A stretch of 57,728 nucleotides of DNA from a virus, in the IMG/VR virus record IMGVR_UViG_3300045988_009625, positions 1 through 57,728 of that record. One strand, given 5' to 3'. Positions 16,591 to 24,277 of the stretch are shown here, piece after piece (positions within the stretch are counted from its first letter, which is position 1; each line of letters opens with the position of its first letter). The position numbers and the translations under genes are program-made. The notes under the pieces were generated by a model. The model did not search any database and was not told the DNA's origin. It saw only the letters and a list, made by a program, of their open reading frames with translations.

Positions 16591-17235
16591 ATGCATATTG
16601 AAAGAATACACAAAATGGTTGAGTGCCTTACCGAAAAGACACTATCTGAACTTGATAAGGGCATTGAGAATGTCAATACAGAGGAAATGGGCGAAGCGGT
16701 CGATATGATTAAGGACTTATGTGAAGCAGAATACAAGGCAGTTATCGTTAAGTCTATGAAGAAAGCTGATGAAGAGGAAGAAGAGTACAACAAGGAGCTT
16801 CTTAGAACCCTTAAAGCTGAATATGGTGAAGAGGGTGGCAGAAGATACTATGATGAATACAGATACAAGACTACTGGCAGATACGCCCCTAAAGGCAAGG
16901 GTAGTTATGTAGGCAGAAGAGCATACGAAGAACCACCTTATTACCATATGTACCCAGAACGTGATATGGATAGAGAGTATGGCAGAATGTACTATACAGA
17001 GCCTACAGCTACACATACATCTGAAAGTGGCTACGACAAGGCAAAGAGAATGTACACAGAAACTAAAGAAATGCACAAAGCTAATACGCCAGAGGATAAG
17101 GAGCATAAGATGAAGTCACTTGACAGCTACACTAAGGAACTCGCAAGCGACATTACAGGTATGGTTGCTGATATGTCAGCAGAAGAGAAAAACTTACTTA
17201 GAACAAAGTTAAGCACTCTTGTATCTAAGATATGA
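16591..17235 (+). CDS. hypothetical protein with an acidic block and a Tyr/Arg-rich centre
   Basis: ...ADEEEEEYNK...GGRRYYDEYRYKTTGRYAPKGKGSYVGRRAYEEPPYYHMYPERDMDREYGRMYYTEP... Confidence 0.65.
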   Translation: MHIERIHKMVECLTEKTLSELDKGIENVNTEEMGEAVDMIKDLCEAEYKAVIVKSMKKADEEEEEYNKELLRTLKAEYGEEGGRRYYDEYRYKTTGRYAPKGKGSYVGRRAYEEPPYYHMYPERDMDREYGRMYYTEPTATHTSESGYDKAKRMYTETKEMHKANTPEDKEHKMKSLDSYTKELASDITGMVADMSAEEKNLLRTKLSTLVSKI

Positions 17236-17294
17236 TTTTAAAGGCTATGAGTAGCAATATTCATAGCCTGTTTTATTGAGAAAGGGGCATACAG

Positions 17295-17615
17295 ATGATT
17301 TTTAACATTAATGGTACAATTTGGCACATACAATATAAAAATCCAAATTCGGGCGAATTAAAGCGGTCAGACAATACAATTAGTTTAGGTGTAACTGACA
17401 GAAACACGCACACAATATATCTGTCAGACAAACTACAGGGATTTATGCTACGCAAAGTGCTGATACACGAAATATGCCATGCTGTCTGTATGTCTTATGA
17501 TGTGTATTTGCCGATTGAGCAGGAAGAAATATTGTGTGATTTTGTAGCAACTTATGGAGATGAAGTATTTGATATTGTTGATATGGTACTTGGAGCAGTT
17601 AGGAGAGTAGGATAA
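17295..17615 (+). CDS. small HExxH zinc-metallopeptidase-like protein
   Basis: ...VLIHEICHAV... 106 aa. Architecture is similar to 35829-36155. Confidence 0.6.
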   Translation: MIFNINGTIWHIQYKNPNSGELKRSDNTISLGVTDRNTHTIYLSDKLQGFMLRKVLIHEICHAVCMSYDVYLPIEQEEILCDFVATYGDEVFDIVDMVLGAVRRVG

Positions 17616-17755
17616 TGAGTATTGATGAGTTATTGGAAATAATTCAAAAAACTAATCCGGCTATGACTAAGGAGTTGTTGATATATGAGCTTAGTCAATG
17701 CCGATACGCAAGTAAAGCGTTGATTTATACAGAAAAATGTTGTCAGAAAAAATAA
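17615..17755 (+). CDS. possible small ORF (46 aa)
   Basis: ATG overlaps the upstream TAA (TAATG). Last ORF before the 650-bp non-coding stretch. Confidence 0.35.
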   Translation: MSIDELLEIIQKTNPAMTKELLIYELSQCRYASKALIYTEKCCQKK

Positions 17756-18334
17756 ACTGAAATTTTTTGAACGCCCCTAGGTATGACATTTTATATTCAT
17801 AATTTCGATTTTGACAATTTTCAAAATTTGGTTCAGATTTCGTTCAAATTATACTTTAAAAATTGAAAAAAATTTCCCACAAAATTATAATGCGTCGTTT
17901 CAAATACCCCCGTCATATGCAATTTTGGAACCCAAAAATCGGTTAAAAACTTTTATCAGATTTTGACCTCAATTTCGTTCAGATTTGCTCTTAAAAATTG
18001 ATGAAAAACTTTAATAGATTAAAGTGCATTATATAAACTTGACCGGCTGTGGTTCGTGCTTGTTTTGACTTTGTGACTTTGTGGTTTGCCCTGTACGGCG
18101 GTTTTATTTCGCCGATGTAGACTTATAAGCCTACAGAACAAAACAGCCTTAAAACGCCTTTGAAAGCGTTGTATAAAATGGGTATAATATACCCTTGAAA
18201 GTTGTGGAAGCTGTTGCTGGATCTGGAAGATATACCAGAACACACGCCGCCCCAATTGGGTACACTTGTACGCCTAAAAAGGCGCAAAAGCCTTATATAT
18301 AAGCATAGCATTATTATATTAATTTTTCAAGGTA

Positions 18335-18362
18335 CGCAAATAAAAGCATATTAATATATGCT
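18335..18362 (-). terminator. intrinsic terminator for the minus-strand operon
   Basis: Minus strand reads AGCATAT-ATTA-ATATGCT followed by TTTTATTTG. Confidence 0.6.
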
Positions 18363-18407
18363 AATGTAACCGCCCGGAATCGAACCGGGCGCAATGCTCC
18401 AAGGTTG

Positions 18408-18572
18408 CTAAAATACTAATTTTTTGAGCCTTAAAAATTCATCATATCCAATTTGACAATCAGAAAAATAGATACATTCGCATAATTCTTCATACTCTTT
18501 TACGTTGTCCGCCTTGTCGAATGCCTTTTCTATCTGGCGCAAAATGTGCTTTGCGTGCTTTTTGTAATTCAT
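18408..18572 (-). CDS. hypothetical small protein (54 aa)
   Basis: MNYKKHAKHILRQIEKAFDKADNVKEYEELCECIYFSDCQIGYDEFLRLKKLVF. Below the track cutoff. Confidence 0.45.
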   Translation of the reverse strand: MNYKKHAKHILRQIEKAFDKADNVKEYEELCECIYFSDCQIGYDEFLRLKKLVF

Positions 18573-18659
18573 AAAAAACATCCTTTCTATAATTAAATTT
18601 CCCAGTTCTCCGGGTAAAGCAAGCCGGGGAATCGGACCCCGGAAAAGCCAGCCTTGCTA

Positions 18660-19100
18660 TTATATTGCTTCTTTTTCTTTACTAATTTCTGCCGCAATTA
18701 TTCCCTGCTCGAGAAAATAACGCAGTGCGCTATCTCCGAAACGCTGTATATAATATTCTGCAAGCTCAGAAGTGCTAAAAGCGTCTAAGACTGTGCCAAT
18801 GTCGCAATAAATGCTTTTATATGTTCTTTGCCTGTTTGCGAGTGCTTTATCAATCGGATTTTTTGGCTCTTCCTCTTTAACTGCAACAAGTCTATCAGCT
18901 CGCATTGTTCTAATATGTTCGTTTCCGCTTTCATTGGAAATAATAACGCATTTAACGCTTTTTCCGCTCTTTGTTGGCTCTATGCTTTTGACTGTGGAAG
19001 TGTAACCAAAATTCCAAACTGTAACCATTCCCGGCTTTAATTCTGCCGCCGGAATTGCTTTTTGCGGTGTGTGTATTCCTTGTAATTTAATTGTCTTCAT
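18660..19100 (-). CDS. hypothetical protein
   Basis: 146 aa, RBS AAGGAGGA 7 nt upstream. Confidence 0.7.
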   Translation of the reverse strand: MKTIKLQGIHTPQKAIPAAELKPGMVTVWNFGYTSTVKSIEPTKSGKSVKCVIISNESGNEHIRTMRADRLVAVKEEEPKNPIDKALANRQRTYKSIYCDIGTVLDAFSTSELAEYYIQRFGDSALRYFLEQGIIAAEISKEKEAI

Positions 19101-19104
19101 AATA

Positions 19105-19254
19105 TTAATCCTCCTTAAACATTTCCCAAGGCGCTATAATCGTACCACCTTTACAATTAGCGTATATTATTACTTCGCCATTTTTAGTTATTTCGCACTT
19201 TTTAAAAGTGCATTCTATCTCATTACCATAAATAATCTTGTCGCCTATTTTCAT
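19105..19254 (-). CDS. hypothetical small protein (49 aa)
   Basis: MKIGDKIIYGNEIECTFKKCEITKNGEVIIYANCKGGTIIAPWEMFKED. RBS GGAGGA. Its 3' end carries the RBS of the next gene. Confidence 0.55.
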   Translation of the reverse strand: MKIGDKIIYGNEIECTFKKCEITKNGEVIIYANCKGGTIIAPWEMFKED

Positions 19255-19266
19255 TTTTAATCCTCC

Positions 19267-19734
19267 TTATTCTGTAATCCTTTCAAATATATCTATTGTT
19301 TTGCGTGCGTTTTCTCTCTTCTTTTCAGCCGTATAACTATGGCGGCGGCTCTTTAATGCCTTTCTTGCTGTTTCTATGCTATTAACTCCCCACCCTGCGG
19401 CTTCTCTTAACAACTCAACCTCTTTTTTTGGCAACTTAATAGCTCTTAAAGTGTCGGAGTTAATAGAGTAATCATCTTTAATTCCTGGATACAAATCTTG
19501 ACAAAGTGGAATGTATTCATCGCTCCCCATATTCTCGCCGATATTCCATACATAGAAACCGAATGGAATCTTTTTGACTATCTTATAAATATCTGTTTTC
19601 CATAATGTTTCACTTGTAATTGTGTCGCCTTTAATCTCAAATCTCATAATCTTGTACCATTTCGGGAATTGTGATATAATTCCCTTACCTTTCTTTTTGA
19701 TTGGTGGCGGTTGTTTGTCTTGGTAGGATTGCAA
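19267..19734 (-). CDS. hypothetical protein (start uncertain: TTG 19734 or ATG 19647)
   Basis: 155-aa ORF, first gene of the minus-strand operon. Confidence 0.6.
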   Translation of the reverse strand: MQSYQDKQPPPIKKKGKGIISQFPKWYKIMRFEIKGDTITSETLWKTDIYKIVKKIPFGFYVWNIGENMGSDEYIPLCQDLYPGIKDDYSINSDTLRAIKLPKKEVELLREAAGWGVNSIETARKALKSRRHSYTAEKKRENARKTIDIFERITE

Positions 19735-19819
19735 CCGCCTTTTTTATTTGCAAGATTATAATATCACTTTAAAAAGAAATACGCAAGCCTTTTTATAACT
19801 TTTTTAAGAAATATTTTTA

Positions 19820-19848
19820 TTGACTTTTAGAACCTACTATATTATTAT
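19820..19848 (+). promoter_or_regulatory. sigma-70-type promoter for the HTH gene
   Basis: TTGACT-17 nt-TATTAT. A mirror promoter TTGCGT-17-TATTAT on the minus strand (about 19754-19782) faces the minus operon. Confidence 0.45.
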
Positions 19849-19886
19849 AAGAAACAAATAAAACAATATAGAAAGGAGCTATTGCA

Positions 19887-20123
19887 ATGCTTAAATATCG
19901 CTTTAATGTCGGCGACGCTCTGGAGCGTGCTGGATTTAATACATACAAAGCCAAAACAAGCGGATTATTGAGCCAAGACACGCTAAAGAAGATAAAGAAC
20001 GAGGACACAAATATAAATGCTAAAAGTATAAATAATCTTTGTTTGATTCTGGATATGCAGCCGAAAGACCTCTTTATATATGAGGAAACCGAAGAAGAAA
20101 GAGAACTAAAAAAGAAATTATAA
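19887..20123 (+). CDS. XRE/Cro-type HTH DNA-binding protein
   Basis: ...GFNTYKAKTSGLLSQDTLKKIKN...INNLCLILDMQPKDLF. Confidence 0.65.
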   Translation: MLKYRFNVGDALERAGFNTYKAKTSGLLSQDTLKKIKNEDTNINAKSINNLCLILDMQPKDLFIYEETEEERELKKKL

Positions 20124-20219
20124 AATATTTTAAAATATCACTTGTAAAAGTTATAACAATGTGATATTATAATTGTACAAATTAAGAAAGGACAGCCGAA
20201 AGGTTGAAAGGTGGACAAG

Positions 20220-20414
20220 ATGAAAACTATTGAATTATTAAACAAAGCTGTTGAACTTGGATTTGACAGAGAAAAGGCGCTTGCAGACATAGACGCAAAT
20301 CTTGATGAAGTGATTGGAGCAGAAAACAGAAAGCCAATCGCAGAAGAGGAAATCAGCGGAGAACTGGCAAATGATATTTTGTTTGGCTTTGAATGTGAAA
20401 AGGAAAACAATTAA
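20220..20414 (+). CDS. hypothetical small acidic protein
   Basis: ATG 20220 lies 6 nt after AAAGGTG within the conserved leader. Confidence 0.55.
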   Translation: MKTIELLNKAVELGFDREKALADIDANLDEVIGAENRKPIAEEEISGELANDILFGFECEKENN

Positions 20415-20436
20415 GAAAGGTTAAAAGGTGGAAGAC

Positions 20437-20859
20437 ATGGGATTCTATGAGGAGACATTGGAGAAATTAAACAAGATGAATGATGATAGCTTTTTAAGGG
20501 ATAAATGTAAAAATTATAAAGAATGTGAAAAAATCCCGATGGGATATAGCGACATTGCCGCCCTTGTCCTTGTTGGGTGCCGAGAAGGACAAGGTGCAGT
20601 GACAGAGCTGCTAAACTTTGGTAGTGATGGCAATTATAGCGCATATATAGCTCTAGAAGATACAGAAATTGAAGAGCATTATAACAAGGTTACAAGCTTT
20701 AATAGCTGGCTTAAAATATATGACGATGCAGACAAGATTATAACATTATACGCCCAAACGATTAATATATACAGAGCTGGAGACTTTGGAATGATTATAC
20801 AGCTCATTAAGCCAAATTATACAACTTTAAATTTATTAAGAAATTTATACAGCGAGTAA
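20437..20859 (+). CDS. hypothetical protein
   Basis: ATG 20437 lies 6 nt after the 19-nt leader TAAGAAAGGTTAAAAGGTG. Confidence 0.65.
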   Translation: MGFYEETLEKLNKMNDDSFLRDKCKNYKECEKIPMGYSDIAALVLVGCREGQGAVTELLNFGSDGNYSAYIALEDTEIEEHYNKVTSFNSWLKIYDDADKIITLYAQTINIYRAGDFGMIIQLIKPNYTTLNLLRNLYSE

Positions 20860-20953
20860 ATAGGCAGAATCGAGGAATTACCAGAGATTAAAGAGGGCGA
20901 AGATATTTTGAATTGTCATATATGTTTATAAGAAAGGTTAAAAGGTGAACGAT

Positions 20954-21289
20954 ATGAGAGAATGCAATATTAGATTTGACAAAAATGGAAAAGTAAAAAG
21001 CGAGGATATCAAGAATTTAGAAAAATTTTTTAGTGAGGAGAACTTAGAAAAGTTTGAATCTGACGAAGTTTTCGCAGTAGAAGCGACGGAGCATATGGAA
21101 AACGGCGAATATAAAGCCGTGGGTTACGATTTTTATGCTGGCAGCGACACACAAGCCAGAATGGGTTCAGATTGGAGATTTGGGCATATTGCTTTTTGTA
21201 ATTACTGGTGTCTTGTTAAAAATGACAAGACTGTAGATTTCGAAAAGGCTCTTGAAAGAGCTAAAAAAATTGTCTTGACAAATAATTAG
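20954..21289 (+). CDS. hypothetical protein
   Basis: ATG 20954 lies 6 nt after the identical 19-nt leader. Confidence 0.65.
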   Translation: MRECNIRFDKNGKVKSEDIKNLEKFFSEENLEKFESDEVFAVEATEHMENGEYKAVGYDFYAGSDTQARMGSDWRFGHIAFCNYWCLVKNDKTVDFEKALERAKKIVLTNN

Positions 21290-21396
21290 TAATTGTATAT
21301 TATATTTTTGTCGGATGATAAACAATAACATTTGATGTATTGAAACATGTTTTCTGACGTGTTCAATGATTAACCGTAACGCAGGGCGTATATTAA

Positions 21397-21419
21397 AGAG
21401 GGCTTCGGCTCTCTTTTTT
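21397..21419 (+). terminator. intrinsic terminator
   Basis: AGAGGGC-TTCG-GCTCTCT followed by TTTTT. Confidence 0.75.
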
Positions 21420-21569
21420 ATTTGACTTATATGTATATTTATGCTATATTATTCTAATAATTAAATAACAGTTATACGCCCGATAATTATATAATAGTTA
21501 TCGGGTTATTTTTATGTTATTAGTATATATTATAATAAGCTGGATAAGCTCTGGCAGAAAGGGGAACAG

Positions 21570-22283
21570 ATGGAGAAAGTACAGGAAACAGCGGACAGCG
21601 AAGAGATTTTTGAAAATGAGATTGATATGCATTTTAAGCAATTCTGCACAAACGAAAATATCGAAGATATGGCAGCAGCTCCGCAATCTCTCTTTTATGC
21701 TGCTTTGATTTATGTATACAATAATACCTTTAAGGGTACTAATAGATTAAAATTAAAGGGTAAATTACAGGGATATAATAATAATAATTATAATAACCAG
21801 TATAGTAATATTAATAACAGTAATTGCAATAGTTATAATTATGAGTATCTTAATTATATAGCAGATTATTATATATATATGTGTTATAAGTATAATAAAA
21901 TATGTACTATATCAGGATATTGTAAATTAACAGGTATAAATGAAGTAGTTATATATAATTGGGCTAATGAACGAACAAAGGCGGATAGACTAAGTACATC
22001 GGCTTATGATTTGTGGGAAAAATTGTCAAAAGATTATGAATCTAGCGGAGAGGCTCGGCTCTGGTCCGGTAAGAACCCAGTCGGGCAGCTTGCGGTTATG
22101 AATCGCCGCTTTGGCTGGAATCTTCCGGGTGTTAGCAGAGAGAACGCCACGAAAGTTATTAAGACAGCGTCAGATCTGCCACAGCTTAACGCATCTGGCG
22201 ACGCTCAAGGCTCTACGGTTCGTCAAATTGCACAACAAGAAAACATTGTGCAAGATGTACAAGAAATCCCACAAAGCCAGTAA
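21570..22283 (+). CDS. terS: terminase small subunit-like protein with an internal N/Y-rich low-complexity insert
   Basis: HTH-like ISGYCKLTGINEVVIYNWANE and ...SGKNPVGQLAVMNRRFGWN (TerS-type C-terminus). The insert GYNNNNYNNQYSNINNSNCNSYNYEY is encoded by very AT-rich DNA. Confidence 0.55.
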   Translation: MEKVQETADSEEIFENEIDMHFKQFCTNENIEDMAAAPQSLFYAALIYVYNNTFKGTNRLKLKGKLQGYNNNNYNNQYSNINNSNCNSYNYEYLNYIADYYIYMCYKYNKICTISGYCKLTGINEVVIYNWANERTKADRLSTSAYDLWEKLSKDYESSGEARLWSGKNPVGQLAVMNRRFGWNLPGVSRENATKVIKTASDLPQLNASGDAQGSTVRQIAQQENIVQDVQEIPQSQ

Positions 22284-22812
22284 ACAAGCAGATTGTAGCT
22301 GCTTATCTTTTAATAATGCTATTTCGCTAAATTAGAGTTTAGCGAAGTGATAAAACAGAACATTTGAGCGACAAAAACACGACAAAGCCAGTAAACAAGC
22401 GGATTGACAGCAATTGCGTGATAATTATTCATTGCGCAACGGCTCCGCTCTGGCTGATTTCATTGTGCAAAATGTACAAACGCAGGGCGTGGGGGTTATA
22501 TATACACGCACTGCGAGCCTAACTAAGTCGCTCAAATATTCTCAAAAATAAAAAGGCTTATTATATTTATATATACATAACCAACCAATAATAATTTATT
22601 AAACTATATAAAATAACCATTATATTTATTAATATATAGTTTTGATAATAACTCACATAATATAATCAATAAATCTACTGTACAAATTCTATAGATAGGT
22701 GTATAATAGACACAGTTAATTTAATTCTAATGATTTTATAAACACACATCAGATACCGGTTATTCAATCGGGCTATTTCCAAAAATTTTTTAAATGTAAA
22801 AAGGGGTTAGAA

Positions 22813-23226
22813 ATGCAGGGCGACAAGTATCAAGCTTTGGCTATGGCTATGTGCACTAACGATAAAAAGTCTACAGATAGGCTTGAGAAAAAGACTGATG
22901 ATTCAAAGCTAGGCAATCGTGGTGAAGATACGCCAAGAATTGAGCTAGGTGACGGCAAATCAGACAATTTTACTTCATTAGGTATTGTTGCACCAAATGT
23001 TAAAGGGAATGTCGTATATGACGCTGTAAATCATCCACAGCACTATTGCACTGGCAAATATGAGTGTATAGATGTTATGCTTGAGATATTCGGTATCGAA
23101 GCTGTTAAAACATTCTGTTTGCTCAATGCTTTTAAGTACAATTACCGAAGTGGTAGAAAGAATGGCTTAGAGGATATTCAAAAAGCCAAGCGGTACATTG
23201 ACAAATACATAGAATTGTCAGAATAG
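22813..23226 (+). CDS. DUF3310-like phage protein
   Basis: ...VNHPQHYCTGKYECIDVM...LLNAFKYNYRSGRKNGLEDIQKAKRYIDKYIEL. Confidence 0.6.
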   Translation: MQGDKYQALAMAMCTNDKKSTDRLEKKTDDSKLGNRGEDTPRIELGDGKSDNFTSLGIVAPNVKGNVVYDAVNHPQHYCTGKYECIDVMLEIFGIEAVKTFCLLNAFKYNYRSGRKNGLEDIQKAKRYIDKYIELSE

Positions 23227-23310
23227 TCGTGTCAGTCAATGAAAGTATAATGGTTGCAAAGGATAGTACACTGCGACTTGTGGCAAATGCATACTGGGAA
23301 TAGCTGCTAT

Positions 23311-23382
23311 TGCCCTTTAGTATAATGGCTAATACACAGGGTTTTGATTCCTGTTATATGGGTTCGATTCCCATAAGGGTAG
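23311..23382 (+). tRNA. tRNA-Gln (anticodon UUG)
   Basis: Cloverleaf by eye: acceptor TGCCCTT/AAGGGTA, D stem GTAT/ATAC, anticodon stem CAGGG/TCCTG with loop TTTTGAT, T arm ATGGG-TTCGATT-CCCAT. No encoded CCA. Confidence 0.85.
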
Positions 23383-23632
23383 TTTATTTTTCTTTTTATT
23401 TGTTTGGCTGTTCATTATTGTGTTTTTACATTTTACACAGAACAGTCCTCCTTTCATGTACCTCTTTGGATTTTGTTCAGTTAAAAGCGGTGCAAGACCG
23501 CTTGAGAGGGTTTGGCGTGTATATACATAGCCATGTGAAAATCAACTTATCAAGAAGCACTCCTTATCAAAACACCCCTAATATTTTATTGTTTCTGTTC
23601 TTGTTTTTTGATAGCCGTTATAGGCGGTATTT

Positions 23633-23719
23633 GCAGATATGGTGTAATGGTATCACAAGAGATTGCTAATCTCTCTAACGAACAAAATCGTTATGCAGGT
23701 CCGATTCCTGCTATCTGTG
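23633..23719 (+). tRNA. tRNA-Ser (anticodon GCU), class II with a long variable arm
   Basis: Acceptor GCAGATA/TATCTGT, anticodon stem AGAGA/TCTCT with loop TTGCTAA, variable arm AACGA-ACAAAA-TCGTT, T arm GCAGG-TCCGATT-CCTGC. Confidence 0.7.
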
Positions 23720-23869
23720 TTAGGTGCGGTTCAAAAGAACATCCTGAAAGCGCGAGGGATAATTTGCAAATGCCGACCCTCATAGGATTGCAACGCATCT
23801 ATGCCACTATTCAAAGTTTAATGTTGGGCGCATTAGACAGTTGTAAAACAGATAGTGGTAACGTCTTTT

Positions 23870-23941
23870 CGGATAGTAGTTCAGTTGGGAGCAACGCTTG
23901 ATTCATTCAAGTAGTCACAGGTTCAAGTCCTGTCTATCCGA
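23870..23941 (+). tRNA. tRNA-like gene with a non-canonical anticodon arm; the 7-nt-loop fold gives anticodon UCA (opal-suppressor type)
   Basis: Perfect acceptor CGGATAG/CTATCCG and T arm ACAGG-TTCAAGT-CCTGT. D arm GTTC-AGTTGGGA-G(C)AAC. Anticodon arm is either GCTTG-ATTCATT-CAAGT or a 6-bp stem with a 5-nt loop. Confidence 0.5.
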
Positions 23942-24040
23942 TTACAGCAAACTAGGTTAGCTACCGAAAAGCAGACCACGACTGCCTGTTTGTTGTTATA
24001 TCTAAAATCGTGGAAATTATCATTCGTGGAGGTAAATAAA

Positions 24041-24277
24041 ATGGCGAAGTTGATTAAGCATCGTTCAATCGGAAAAATAAGAATGGAACTTGCGGATTAT
24101 GTGCTGAATTGCACAGATGATGAATTGTACGAGCTTTGCGGTGCTGTTTCAGAGCTTGAAGGTGTAACATCTTGGTCTTGTGATGAATGCCAAAAACGAT
24201 TTAAACCAGATTGTAGCTTTGATAGTGATGATTCAAGATGCAAGAAGCATTTCTTTGAGATGAATAAGCCGGAATAA
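24041..24277 (+). CDS. hypothetical protein (Cys-containing)
   Basis: ATG 24041 follows GGAGG. The track starts at 23990. Confidence 0.6.
   Translation: MAKLIKHRSIGKIRMELADYVLNCTDDELYELCGAVSELEGVTSWSCDECQKRFKPDCSFDSDDSRCKKHFFEMNKPE

Noticed and set aside
18019-18311. Two overlapping minus-strand ORFs (78 and 62 aa) in the 17.8-18.4 kb gap.
   Set aside because: They have no RBS, they overlap each other in different frames, and they are Arg/Ser/Leu-rich. They lie downstream of the operon terminator, so a non-coding function is more likely.
18368-18400. Possible full tRNA gene on the minus strand (GGTTCGATTCC-type T arm).
   Set aside because: No matching 5' acceptor strand (GTAACCG), D arm or anticodon arm can be built from the upstream ~50 nt. 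It is kept only as a T-arm-like hairpin.
23310-23901. Track ORFs 23310-23669 and 23608-23901.
   Set aside because: They overlap the tRNA-Gln, tRNA-Ser and third tRNA genes and intergenic hairpins. They have no RBS and implausible composition.
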